From Gnetum montanum (Eukaryota; Plantae; Gnetophyta), in the NCBI GenBank assembly GCA_015680685.1, contig MNCI01001365.1, positions 291,054-355,053 of the forward strand: a DNA stretch of 64,000 bases. Direction: 5' to 3'. Of the stretch, positions 38,233 to 51,629 are shown one piece after another. Each line of letters starts with the position of its first letter. Positions within the stretch are counted from its first letter, which is position 1. Below the pieces are notes generated by a model that ran no database searches, was not told where the DNA came from, and was given only the letters and a program-made list of their open reading frames with translations. The translations under genes and the position numbers were made by a program.

Positions 38233-40699
38233 GTAGCTACCAAATGCTAATCATTACTGGGATTACCACGTGTAACACACGTGCTCGAAGTGGTCGTACT
38301 GAGGCACTTAACTAGGAGGAAAGGGTGAGAGAATCTAATCACGATGAGCAGCCAATTCCTTGATTAACCATACACATCCGTAAATGCTCGTAATCAAGTT
38401 GTACTCATGCCATGCTATTTCAGGTAATAAATAATAGGTAGAAAATAACATGTAAGAAATAACAATTAATAAATCCTATTCCATGCACTACATGGTTTAT
38501 CCACAAAGCTCATCTTTATTGCCGTACATACCTTGTGTTCAAGTACAAAGCTGCTTGAATAAAGATCCGTTCACTTGGGGACTCCTACTGCGGGCACATG
38601 GAAAATATTCTATCTCTGGAGTGATCAATCTACTAGAGTTTTCCTACTTTTAGCCTAGGATGGAAAATAAGGGGAGTGCCACCTCTTATTTATAGATTTG
38701 GCGACAGACTGCGATATCACGTACGCAATATTGGAGGGGACGACACGATATCGCATACTCGATATCGCAGCTCATGCGAATCACATCTCATCATACCCCC
38801 ATAATTGGATGAAAACTCATCCTCGAGTTCCTTACAATAATATCAGGAAGGTATGGAATTATTGAGGGGAATGGAACTAATGGAATGACATGTGAACGGA
38901 TCATCATTACAAGACTTGACAAAACTGGTGTTCATGACAACAAGGGTGAACACCTTATTACAATGACATTAGGCCTTTGTTGGAAGCTAAGAAGAAAGAG
39001 AGAGAAAGAAGTGTTGCTGCTACCAACACCAAGATTGTGCCTTTGTTATCCATCGGTAAGCACACCATCGATCTTGCTCCTTGCATAGCTGCTTCCAACA
39101 CTGCTCCATTCCAAGTGTTTGCTCCAAATCTAATCCGTTGTTGTATGATCGCCATCTACACACACAACACAATCTTATATTAGCAAGGGTAAATGAATCA
39201 TCATGTAATTAATACCCTGCTTCAGTGAAAGTCCATTGGCTAGGTTGTGGTATGGCTGATATGGATCAAGAGATATATTACTGATGACTACCGAAGGTGT
39301 AGGGGCTAAGAAGAAAATCAAAAAATTTGGGGCTAGGAGAAAATCGAAAAAATTAGGCCACGTACCCCCATGACTAATCGTGAACCTCTGGTAGCGTTAG
39401 AATGGACAAAGGAAAGGAGTAAGAAAGATAGATAAAAATGGACAACTATAGCATCAGTGAAATGGATGTCAAGATGGTAATGAACAAAATAAAATTAATC
39501 ACAAAATGTTAAGGGAAAGAATTTAACTAATGCTTCAAATAGGAATGTCAGTAGGTCCTCCCCAAAGTAGGCCCATGCCCTTAATGCCCTGACAAACCCC
39601 CATTCAAAGATGTCGTAGGCTCTGGGAATGTCCTTTGGAATAAGAGTTAAAGTCTTAACCGTAAGAATTTACCAAAAAGAAAACAATGCATCTACCAAAA
39701 TATACACTAATGATACAACCGACGATGAGGCGGATAATGGAGAGAAGTATGGAGAGGAGAAAATGGAATAGAATCCCAAAAACAAGGTGGTGTACAACCC
39801 CTTGTATGTTTCATGATTAATGTGACTTAGCAAATCCCATTCCAAGTCTGGCCTCAAACCAACCACATCCAGTGACTTCGCATTAATGCATTTGGTTAAA
39901 CCATCCACTTGGATAACAAGAATGCCTTCCCCAAGATTCACCACCATTCTGACGAAAAAAATGAGAGAATGGGAAGCGAGAAGGGCCTTAGTTAGAGGGA
40001 ACAATTTTGGTTCCATAACCAGTGCTTGTAGCCCAAGTTTATTTCGTCTAAGGGGTGAGCTTTGAATTCTCACTTTGTTTTGTTTATTTTTTTTTGTTTT
40101 GTGTTTTTATTCGTGTGAACCACACCATGCAAAGACTTCTTATTTTTATTGTCTCAGCTTTCGATAGTTGGGTAACATTTAAATGGCAAGAAAACTCCAA
40201 AAAGAAAACATCCAAGCACCCAAGAGAATGGCCAACACAAAAGCATCAAGTTCCCTTAAAGTCACACCCTTTGCAATCCTTGAGTCCTTCCTTAGTTTGA
40301 GAAATACCTAGTCACCAATTTGTTTAAGTTCTTATTAGAAACGGATTGTACATTTCCAAGCCGAGAGAGACAATAGAACTTTGTGGATGGATGGATGGAG
40401 TGAACTCATTGCCTGCCATATCAAAAAAAACATACCTTAGTATCAACATTGTGACTTAAAGGTAAAAACCAAACATTGGTAATCAATATGAAAACAGTTC
40501 ATACCATCATTCTGAACACTTATTGGGTGACAAACTTATAGGGTGGATCACACACACATACACAAAAAATGGAAAAAGTATAATGATGTTGTAAAACAAA
40601 AACTTAAAAGAACTGAGGGCCCCATATGGTTAGCATAGGTGGCCATCTCCCCCATGACTGAGTTGTAAGGGAGAGATCCAAAATAATAAGTGCCTGTTT

Positions 40700-43600
40700 G
40701 AATTTCTTAAAAGTGTCCAACTTCTCACAAATGATGAACATAGATTAAGGGATGGAAGTTGGCGATGCTCATATTCCAGTGTGTCTATGCCTTCGTTGAT
40801 GGCATGGCTTGTCTCCTCAGTTCATTCCAAGCATAGTTGGTTGCTCCTTCGAGTAGCTGTCAACCACAGGGTGTCTACTATTGGTTGTGTGGTTGCTACA
40901 TATAGGCATCTTTGTTGCATATTTTCAAGGTCACACCTGCTACATGGAGGCATTTCCCCCATGTCATCACCCGATGAATCACTCTATGTGATGCATGGAA
41001 CTTTCCTCTTCTCGATCTTTCCATAAATATTTATCTTAGAGATTTCCAAGGAAAGATCACGGATCCTAAGGCATGCGTCTACTGTACTCAGCCATGCCCT
41101 TCCCCATTATAATTTGGAAGTCCCCGTCGTTGTTGTTAACTTCAATCACTAGAAAATCAACTGGGTAAGACCAACCACACACAGTGGTAATGACGTCCTC
41201 CACCAGTCCTAAGGGAATGGTGATGGACTGGTCTACTAGCTCTAGTTGAATGTTGCTCTTCTTAAGTTGGGGCAAGTTCCAGGCGTGATACATCTCTCAT
41301 GAAATTAAGTTGACTCCAAAACCTGAGTCAAGAAGAGCCCTATGTGGTTCATTTTCAGCAACTTGGAGATAGATTAAGGGACTCCCAGGGTCAGTTAGTT
41401 TCCTAGGAAGGTGACCTACCTTGATCCAGTCAGTTACCGTATGCGTTAACATAACAGTATGCGTTAAGCTCTATTGGATTGAAGGGTGCTCCGAAGTGTT
41501 AGATGGTGGAGGAGTGTACATGGGCTCAACCGCTTGTTGTTGTGAGAGTTTTTCTGGGCTTTTGGTTTTGAAGAAAGGTCTTTTCTTTTTACAGTTGTCA
41601 GAACCAGCAGCGGGTTGAATATTTATAGCTCTTGCAGCGTGACATTGCTGCAGTTGAGGAGGAAGTTCCCCTTGCATTGTTGGAGCAGGAGGTGTTATGG
41701 GAACTACTATTGGTGGAAGAGGTGCAGATGGATTAGGAGGATGGTGTGGCTATGGAGTGTCTCCCAAAGGAGAAGGAGTCCTTCTGAAGTACTCCCGAAC
41801 TTGGTAGTGATGGTTGGGGGTTGTGTGACTCATAGAGTCACTTGGAGAAATCGGCTGCTGCACATAATATCCATAAGGATTAGGCTGCCGGTAAGGGTAC
41901 TGATTTTTCGGCGATGGCATCCCCCATGACTGTGGGTATTTCCACTGCTGATGCTGTCCGATGGGCTGTGGTTGAGCTCCACTTGGATAATACGTTAGTG
42001 GTTGGTGGAACTGCCTTGGGTTGCCTTGTGGATAAGGTAACCTTCAGGGTGTTTGCTGTTGATTGAGTCTTGGATTAAGCGCATACACCTCAGAATCCTA
42101 TAGATGTGAGATGATGGGGCAACATCCCTTAGGATGGTCATAGTGGCAGATCTCACATCCACCGTCATCATCTGTGTCAGAGTCCACAACCACATTGGAG
42201 TTAGTGATTTTTCCCTTACCCTTGTTATGTGCAGGGCTTAAATCTCTCCACTTTTTCTTACCTTTGTCACTACTTTGTTCTACCTTAGACTCTTCTACAA
42301 TTTTTAAGATAATTTCAATTTTAGGGTCTAAGGAACTCCATATGTCATCTACCTTAGCCGCTATTTCTGTTGCAAGTTTTTGAAGTGGCAAGGTCTTTCT
42401 GTTCACCAACTCTTCGATTGGTGACTCATCCTCTTCATCACAAAATTTCACTCCCTTCTTTCGAAGAGAGGGATCACGGTTGTACTCTTCTGCACTTTTC
42501 CTTTTTCGTAGCTCACCTTCTTCTTTTGCTACTTGTTCCAAAAAACGATGAACTTCATGGGCTCTAAGTTATGAGAGTCTCCCTTGGGTGTAAGTCCCAA
42601 GGGTTCTTCTAGTTTCATGCCTTAGCCCATCCACGATGTGGCGAAGTTTATCCCGCTATGCATACCCATGGCCCAGGCAACGATGTAACAATGTGTAGTA
42701 GTAGGCCATGGCAACATACAAGGGTTCATGAGTACCTTGCTTCCAGCGTTGGATCTGCTTGCACAAATTGGACACTTTAGAGTACGTTTGATACTTTTCG
42801 TTGAACAGTTCTAGCATCATACTCCACCTCCTGATGGTTTCCGGTTCTAAAGACTGGTACCAACTCTCTGCTTCTTTGGTGAGTGTCCTTGGGAACAACT
42901 TAAGTTTTTGCCACTCATTTTCTATATTCTACAAGGCACAGGCATCGTGGAATGCCTGTAAATGATTTTGTGGATCAGCATGGTATCCTCCTTCAAATCG
43001 TGGGATATTGTTCATGTCTAATCGTTTGATCCAACTATCTTTTAAATGCCTTGTGGGAATCCTAACTGCCTCCGTTATGTCAAGCATACTTCGGCTTGCA
43101 AGTAGGGGCTTGTCATGATCATCTCTTTCATGACGCCTGTGATGTCTTCGTTGTTCCCTACTATCCCTACGTTCATGCCCTTGTCCTCTCTCTCGACTTT
43201 CCCATCGAGGTCTCTCATTTTTTCTACCTTTATCCTCTCTGTTGTGTTCATGATGGCTGCACCCAGATGTGGAAGGAGAGGATGAGTGATGTGAAGAAGG
43301 GGAAGAAGAAGGAGAACCATCGCCATGCTGATGTTTCTTGCCTTCTCTTCGACTGCTACGGCCCCGATCGTGGTGACGATCTAAGTGCCCATCCTTAGCG
43401 TGAGTGGTTGTTCCCTCTGTGAATAGTTGGTGTTCATGGGTGTCAGAACCATGGTTATGTATCATTGATCATAGGTTCTGATACCCAACCTCCTCCTCAT
43501 CGTTAGGAGGGGAAACATCGTTTGCTAAAGAACCCGTTATAAGAGGTTCCTCATCTCCTATTTCGCTAAGGACGTGCAAACCTTTGCCCTTCAATAGTGT

Positions 43601-43780
43601 ATGTTGACTCACCTGCCTAGCGTCCCTCATACATTGTACTTCTGTGGGATGATAATCCCTCATATCAAAATCATCTGCAACGTATTCAGCATATAATTTT
43701 GTCATGCCAATCTGTGCCAAGGCATGGAGAAGCATGTTTGGAACTGCATGATCTGGGGGTAACACAATGTTACCTTGCAA
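40700..43780 (-). pseudogene. Athila-like gag-aspartic protease with premature stops
   Basis: IPRFEGG..DPQNHLQAF, LFPRTL..AESWYQSL..HRCLGHG (retrotransposon gag). LPRKLTDPGS..ALLDSG..QLELVDQS..GLVEDV..PVDFLVIE (Athila-type protease). His/Arg/Ser-rich N-terminal tract. Confidence 0.85.
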
Positions 43781-43892
43781 ATCTCTCCATCACAGCTGTT
43801 CATCTTGATGGAGGATAAAGGTGAATTCTGGAATATACTCATCGGGATGAGTATAAACTATCTTGTATTGTTTAGGACTTGGCTGATTTCGG

Positions 43893-44586
43893 NNNNNNNN
43901 NNNNNNNNNNNNNNNNNNNNNNNNNNNNNNNNNNNNNNNNNNNNNNNNNNNNNNNNNNNNNNNNNNNNNNNNNNNNNNNNNNNNNNNNNNNNNNNNNNNN
44001 NNNNNNNNNNNNNNNNNNNNNNNNNNNNNNNNNNNNNNNNNNNNNNNNNNNNNNNNNNNNNNNNNNNNNNNNNNNNNNNNNNNNNNNNNNNNNNNNNNNN
44101 NNNNNNNNNNNNNNNNNNNNNNNNNNNNNNNNNNNNNNNNNNNNNNNNNNNNNNNNNNNNNNNNNNNNNNNNNNNNNNNNNNNNNNNNNNNNNNNNNNNN
44201 NNNNNNNNNNNNNNNNNNNNNNNNNNNNNNNNNNNNNNNNNNNNNNNNNNNNNNNNNNNNNNNNNNNNNNNNNNNNNNNNNNNNNNNNNNNNNNNNNNNN
44301 NNNNNNNNNNNNNNNNNNNNNNNNNNNNNNNNNNNNNNNNNNNNNNNNNNNNNNNNNNNNNNNNNNNNNNNNNNNNNNNNNNNNNNNNNNNNNNNNNNNN
44401 NNNNNNNNNNNNNNNNNNNNNNNNNNNNNNNNNNNNNNNNNNNNNNNNNNNNNNNNNNNNNNNNNNNNNNNNNNNNNNNNNNNNNNNNNNNNNNNNNNNN
44501 NNNNNNNNNNNNNNNNNNNNNNNNNNNNNNNNNNNNNNNNNNNNNNNNNNNNNNNNNNNNNNNNNNNNNNNNNNNNNNNNNNNNNN
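43893..44586. other. Assembly gap (N run)
   Basis: Run of N. Confidence 1.
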
Positions 44587-46420
44587 AATAAGGGAAGTGC
44601 CGCCTCTTATTTATAGATTTGGCGACAGACCGCGATATCGCGTATGTGATATCATAGGGGACGACACGATATCGCATATTGTGACGGCCGCGATATCATG
44701 TACGCGATATCGCGGCTCATGCGAATTGTGTCTCATCACCTATGTTGTGGCTTCAAGGTTCATCATCAAGTTCATGATGTAGTTGGACCATGGTTTTGAA
44801 TGACCTTTGGATCATGGTTTTCTCTAATACCAATTATGATATCTCATTCCCAAATGTCATGGAAAATGCCAAATATACAATATATTAGACATTATGCATA
44901 CTAAGAAAATATACCAAATGTGAAATATATGTGATATTTGACATTATGTATAAGGGAAATAATAGGAAAAATGTAGAAAAAAAAAGAAAAAAATTCTTTA
45001 TTGATATGGAATTGCGTATCTATATCATGCTTTAAGAGTGTTCCTTGGGGTTTTCTTCCTTTGGAATTTATCTCTTAGAGGTAATTTAGCAATGCCACCA
45101 TGGTTAGGCTGATAACCCAACCAAAAGAGATAGCTATTCCACTTCCTATCCCACTTCACTCGACTCTCATAACTTACTTATGCTAACTCTACCACTCCAT
45201 ACCTTGCACGACCTATAAGCCCAGGTATAAATGCCTTAGGTCAAACTCCAAAAGGTTACCTTAAGAGACATGTCTAATATTACAATACATCCTTTTGTGT
45301 CTTAATTACAATTGCCCTTTCAGGCCTTTGTTGAGATAACAATAACACTTGTTATGGAAAGGCATCATCTTCATTAGGCAACATCATCATTTGGGAATGG
45401 GGATGTGACATTTGATGTCTATCTTATAGTTCATTCAAGCACCACCATGTTTGGATGCTATATTACATGTTTTAAACCTTAATGTTTTAAGTCTAAGCCT
45501 TTATTCATCTATTTTCTATAAGATCATGGCCTAACCACGAGTTCACAATGATTCATGGTACACATAAAGATATTTCTAGTTGACCATGATCATAGAATAA
45601 CTCATGGAGGTAGACCATGACCTCATAATAACTTGTGATGCCAAACCATAGCTTCACGGTAATCCATGATTCTCGATCACAACTTGACCATGACTTGTCA
45701 TCCATTCCTAGTGTATTTTTAATAGTCCCATGACTCATTGTCTACTCATGAATAATTTGAAGTATAGTGAAAGTACTACAAAGGATAGAACATTTACCAT
45801 AACCTAACCATAGCTCATGGCCATATTGTGGTATTATCAAAATGTATTTTTCTCTATTCCAAATAGACCATGTTCCATGGTGGACTTGTGATATTACAAC
45901 ATGACTTGATCATGAGTTATGCTTAGCCATCATGGCCCATGATAAAATATCATGAATCATAGTTTTATATACCATGAATAGCTACCAACTCATGGTGGTC
46001 AAAAATGCCTTTAAAAATACTAAAATTTCTATAGCTACCATCCTATGATAGAACTTAATAAGACAATAAGTGATATAGCACTTTCCCAAATCAAGTATAC
46101 TACAAATCTATTGGAAATGTACAATATGAAGGATTGTAAAAATCTATATGTTTTGATGAAACCAAGATTCAAGATTAATATTAATGGAGAGATGATTAAA
46201 CCTACTTAATATAGGAAAATTATTGGAGCACTTATATACCTAACAAATATGAGACCTAATATATGTTGGTTATTTAGAGTAGAAGACAATAAATTATTTT
46301 ATTATATAATAAGAGTTTATTTTAATAAAATAAAGGAAAATTTTGAATTTTATATATATATGGGTTTATTTTGTTATTGAGACTATATTGTATTATTATT
46401 AGTAAACTTTGTTCCACTTG

Positions 46421-46421
<1 letters not shown>

Positions 46422-46457
<36 letters not shown>
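46422..46457 (+). repeat. (CA)18 microsatellite within copia 2 5' LTR
   Basis: Perfect CA run. Confidence 0.97.
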
Positions 46458-46458
<1 letters not shown>

Positions 46459-49400
46459 TCAAGAAATCCCTTGGAAATTTGGATAATGCAATTATAAGCA
46501 CAATTTTAGTAAGAATTTCACATATTCATGATTAATTCATTAATCTTTCATGAATTCATCAATCATCATTATTCACTTAATCTTGGAAACTAAATAGTCA
46601 AAATTGGGGGCATTTACTATTTTGATCATATCTTGGTCATTTCATAATATTTTTTAGTGGTTCTAATTTATTTAAAATCTAGAAAAGATTTCTATATGCA
46701 ACTAAAATTCTATTCAATATCTATCATGATTTGGAAGAAATTTATTCTCCAATTTGTTAGATTTTCTAAGTCCTAAAATTATACCAAACTAAATGATGGT
46801 AAATGATGAGATTATTTTTTGCTCATCTCACAATGATTTGATGTTATGCTATTTTTATTTGAAAGCTAACATTTGTTAGAAGATTCAATTAAAATTTTAG
46901 CATTAGAAACATAACAATTTTTGAGTTATCATTTCTCAAATTTCTACTACCATAATTACTATGATTTTTATAGCTTGGAAAGAATATAATATAACATTAG
47001 CCTCTAGATATGTTTTGTAGTGTTTATTTTATCAAATAATAGAAAATTTCCCAAGCTTTTCAAAAATATAAGTTTTCTTAGCTAATTCTTTGTAAACTTA
47101 AAGATAACCAAGAAATTCTTTCACTGCCTGAAATTCCTTCATTTGGTATTGAAGCCAGGTTCATCTACAAAAATGAGCACAAAAGACACAGCTAGATGCT
47201 CCATCATCTTTGATGGCTCTCAAGATTTTTGCTTATGGAAAAGAATGATGAAAGGCCTCCTTAAACATAATGACTATTGGGAAATAAGTGAAACATATAT
47301 TGAATTCATTTATGATTTTGAAAATTTTACCAAATTACAAATTAAAGAATATGAAATAAAGAAGAATAATAATTTAGCTCTCAACATGCTATTGGCTAGT
47401 GTCTCACAAGTTATTTCTAGTAGATAAAGTCTTTGTACTATTACCAAAGAAGCATATGATAATCTTCAATTAGAATATAAAAAAGCTTGGGAAATCAACA
47501 ATTACAACAACTATTCTACAAATAAAAATAAGATACCCTTGATATTGGAATAGATGAAAGTGTTGAAGACTTCTTCATTGGAATGTATAATAACTTACAC
47601 AAACTAGATGAATATGACTATGGATATAATCAAACTCTCTACATAGATTCAAGATTTGAAAACATGATGTAAAGCATTATTCTTTCAAAGAACTTCAACA
47701 TGCTTAGTATCAATGAATTAGTTTCTCAAATAAAAACCTTAAAAATTATGAAGAAAAACAAATAATTTAGTAAAGATAATTAAGACTACATAACTAACCA
47801 AAGAGGAATAGGTAGACAAGGAAAATTTAGAGGAATAGGAAGATTCAATTATCATAATAGAAATCAAGAAACAAACTTAGAAGAAAATGTTGGTCAAAAC
47901 ACAAGAGGAAGAGGAAGAGCTTTAACTAGAGGTAGAGTTAGATGCAATCAATCTAAAAGACAAAGACAAGGTCAAGGCTTAGTACCATATTACAAATTTT
48001 GCAAAAGAAAGGTCATAACTTCAACAAATTCTAGACTAGAATCATTTTTGAAACATGGACAAACTTCACAAATAGAACAAGATATTGCCTTTTCATCTCA
48101 AAAGAATACTAAAGGAAAAGAGCCCAAGTAATTATGTAGCCTTCAATTCAATTAAAGAAATGAAGTAAAATTTTTGAATTGTAGAAAGTCGATGCTCCAA
48201 TCACATGACACGCTACAAAAATTATCTTCTATATATAAAACAAACAACATTCTTGGAAATATTAAAATTGAAGGTGGAAAAATACTTAGTCATAGAAGGA
48301 ATAGAAGATTATGTAGTTAAATTAAAAAATGGGAAAATAATCACCATTTCCAATGTTCATTATGTTTCTAATATTTACAACCCTTTCATCTCTATTAGAC
48401 AAGTCTCTCAGGAAGTAAATAGTATTAGTTGCAAAAGCAATTTCTTCAATATCAACAAATCCAATGGTGAAGAAATTATGAAAATCAAGGCCTTGAATAA
48501 TAGAATATATTTCCTTGAATTCAAAGAAGATATCATAAGCAATCATAATACTCAAGAAAAGCATGTCTTCACAATAGAGGCTAATTAGATCCCAAATAAA
48601 AGATGATGTTAAGGAAAGGAAAAATGAAAATTTTAGTAAGTCCAAACTTTGGTATGGAAGGCTTAGTCACATCTCCTATCACACAACTAAAAGAATGATT
48701 AAATAGAAAAAATCTATTGTTGGTGCCTACTTTGGACTATCAACATTTTCTTCTTCCTTGTGATAAAGATCACAAGGATGAGGATTCTTTCAAACTCAAG
48801 TTTAGGTATTTGTTGGTCTCTAAAAACACCAAGGCCTAGATACCTGCATATAACTCAGTGGTTGTAGAGAACACTATGTATTTTGGGTTAATATACGCTT
48901 TAAATCTTATAATATTACGTACCAAGAGTTAAAGAAATATAAAATACTTGTAACAGAAGCTTCAACCACCTTTATTTCATTCTTACCATATCAAGCTAAA
49001 ACTATTATTAAAGCTCTGTAATTCCATCTTTAACATTCTCACCATACTAGAAAGAAGAAAGAGTATATGCTCTAGTCAGTTAGGATTTGTGTAAGCTCTA
49101 AATTCAATAGCTAACACAATTTCTCTACATGATGTTAGAGTTAATTCAAAATCCTATCTCTAACACTTCATGATCTTAATAGAATAGGATATTTAGGAAT
49201 TACTTGCTTAGCTTTTAAAACTCTTTACCAAAAATACTTTAAGCTTTATAACATCTCTACTAGGACTTTCCCCAAATTTTATCTCTACTTAGAGTATGCT
49301 TCCACATAAACTTGGTGATAAAATTTGGTTAATATCATTGTGCAAGTAATTGTTTTTGAAAAATCATGGGAATCATGTAGAGAAATAACCCTAATAATTC

Positions 49401-49883
49401 AATCTCTATTTTTGTTTCATAAGCTCTTTTACAAGAACCCAAAAATCTCTTTCACACTTGTATATGAGCCTTTACTTTTGAGCTTAAATTTTTCACTTCA
49501 TTCATACTATAGCTTCTACCAAACTTGGCTTTAAGCTTTTTTGAACTCAAAATCATAATTAGGACCTAAGCTTTCTATTTAATTAATTATAAGCCCTACC
49601 ATGGTTCTAAAATGTAGAGTCCATTTCTTCTAAATGATTTTATTTGATCCAAGAGCTGTCTATAATTCTTTATTTCGACTATCTTAAGCATTGCTCCATG
49701 AAATGGCTAAAATGGAATAACATTTCTTGCCCTCCTTTTTTCCACAAACATTATGCTAGAGATCTAGAAAGAAAATATTTTATTCAATTTGATGGACTAA
49801 TGTACAATATAACTTTTTACAATGATAGCTATGGGAGTTGTAAACTTAAATCTGGAAAGAAAATATTTTTTTTGGAAAAGTAC

Positions 49884-50757
49884 TAATGAGACGCGATATT
49901 GCATGGGCTGCAATATCATGTACGTGATATTATGTCCACTACGATATCGCGTACGCGATATTGCGTCCACTGCGATATTGCATCCCCCGCGATATCGTGT
50001 ACGCGATATCACAGTGCACCGTCAAATCTATAAATAAGAGGCAGCTCTCCCTTGTTTCTAATTCTAGGCCTAGACCGTAGCAAAACTCTGGCAGTTTTAC
50101 CTCTCTAGAGATAGAATAATTTCCATGTGCCCGCAGTAGGAGCTCCAAAGTGAACGGATCTTTATTCGAGCAAATATTGTACCTAAACACAAGTTTGTGT
50201 ATGGAAATAAAGATGAACTTCTTGGATAAACCTTGCAGTGCATGGAATAGGCTAAATAGGATTTTATTTATTGTTATTTATTGCTTATAATTTAATTGCT
50301 TTATTAGTTCATTAAATCTCTCTCAACCCTTCTCTCCTAGTTAAGTGCATTCAGTACGACCGCTTCGAGCACGTGCGTTACACTTGGTGATCCCAGTAAC
50401 GAATAGCATTTGGTAACCAAGGTTGCATTGGTTCAGGGTGTGAATGGTAAGTGGGAACAGATACTAATGCTAAGTTAATTAAGGCTTAGTTAATCAATTA
50501 AAGTTAGTTAATTAGTCTCTTCACCCTTCACCTCATTAGCATAGGAGATAAAATAGAAAAGATATAAAAATCACATACCTCAGACTTACTTAACCATACA
50601 ACCATGAAAAATACAAGTAAGTCTAGGAAGAAAATGAACAATTAACCTTAAGTGTTCCATAAGGCATGTAGGCACTTAGTCTGCGGAGTTCGACCGGATC
50701 GCGCATGTAACGCTCGTATTCGTATGGTTGAGTGTAGGGGTACCTCGCCACTTATCA
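49884..50757 (+). mobile_element. Solo LTR (874 bp) of the Athila-like gag-PR family
   Basis: TAATGAGACGCG...CTTATCA with perfect TSD AGTAC (49879-83, 50758-62). Homologous to 38233-38793. Confidence 0.93.
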
Positions 50758-51629
50758 AGTACAATTAAGCTTAAGGCTTAAAAGTATAAAATTCCTTTAC
50801 ATCCTACATCATATGTGTTATGCATAATATCTATACATGTTCTTATCTATTTGGAAGCTAGTTGGACAGTGAAAAGAAAATGATTATCATGATCTTTCTT
50901 AGGACCTTCCTTTCATAAGCTCTATCATACTTGATCTCCATTGTGAGTCTAGCTTTCTTCTCCTCTTCTTGGGTAGGAACTCCCTCTTTAGTCATGATCC
51001 TTTTGCTACTTTCTCTAATTGCATCTTTTTTAAGATGACTTGGAAGGGTTACCTTTCCCTTCTCTTCGTGTTGGTCTTGCAAGGTGGGTTCTTGACCTTT
51101 CTCTTGACTTGGTTGTTCAATGGCTTGGGATATAAAGGCTTCCTCCCATGACTCTATATTATTTAGCTCTTTTTCATTGCTTTCTGTCCTCATGATTCTT
51201 GGACACTGATAGTGCTTGCTCCAAACTTGTTCATGAATGGAGCAACCATTTCTCAAGAAGAAAAATTCATCTCCTAACCATGTCATGTAGGGGCTACTAT
51301 ATGAAGCCCATAGTCTGCAACTCTATGGTACATGCTCATGACATGTTTAGGATAGCACCTAGATAAGTAAGGGATAAAAGGTCTTATATTCACCATCTTC
51401 CTAGAATTGCTCTTAACTTGAGATTTCCTTTTTTGGCTCTTAACTTAAGACTTTCTTCACTAGTGAAGGATCAACCAGACCTTATTATATAGCCTAGGTT
51501 ATTGAAAATCTCCTACTACTATAAAAACTATCTTAGGTGCTTATTAAGCTCCCACTAAAGCTATTTATTTATCATAAAGCAAACACTATTTACATATTTA
51601 CATTTTTCACTTTTTTCTCAACTTTGTCA

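Larger units (their letters stand above)
38233..44738 (-). mobile_element. Athila-like Ty3 element encoding only gag and protease (non-autonomous), nested in the leader of copy 3
   Basis: 3' LTR part 38233-38793 preceded by PPT-like AATTATGGGGGTA. 5' LTR part 44587-44738. Both begin TGATGAGA on -. No RT/RH/INT motifs between ~40700 and 38794. The left boundary and PBS lie in gaps. Confidence 0.85.
33032..45410 (-). mobile_element. Non-autonomous LTR element carrying a 5S-like segment and CCR4-like gene, copy 3 (with nested Athila-like element and gaps)
   Basis: LTRs 33032-33607 and 44835-45410 (576 bp each). Perfect TSD TTTGA (33027-31, 45411-15). PBS TGGTATTAGAGA ~44821-44832. PPT AAGGAGGGTAGAT ~33608-33620. 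Confidence 0.93.
31803..46070. mobile_element. Unclassified insertion (possible solo LTR, ~1.9 kb net) interrupting copia 1 RT and hosting further insertions
   Basis: Copia RT breaks at ~31802 and resumes at ~46075. The intervening DNA starts TGTACC. No convincing TSD; boundaries approximate. Confidence 0.5.
21826..46263 (+). mobile_element. Ty1/copia element 1, decayed and split by nested insertions; 3' part lies beyond copia 2
   Basis: Probable LTR ~21826-22301 (start uncertain). PBS TGGTATTAGAGT 22302-22313. Zn knuckle CFICGRKGH (~23401). Protease WYIDLRCSRH (ORF 23572-23943). Integrase ~24230-24890. RT YKARLVARGF (~31264) to ~31800, resuming at ~46075-46263 (YRKIIGALIYLTNMRPNI). Confidence 0.82.

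Noticed and set aside
38885-40300. Short ORFs in the 3' region of the Athila-like element as an env-like gene
   Set aside because: Short, overlapping on both strands and without recognisable motifs; not supportable without a search.
37602-44782. Long ORFs 37602-38243, 43775-44782, 43790-44677 and 43879-44616
   Set aside because: They are almost all X residues from the N gaps.
48760-48996. ~240 bp unexplained between the copia 2 pre-integrase and the Tat LTR
   Set aside because: No termini or TSD recognised. Probably a fragment of another insertion, which may also explain the missing Tat TSD.
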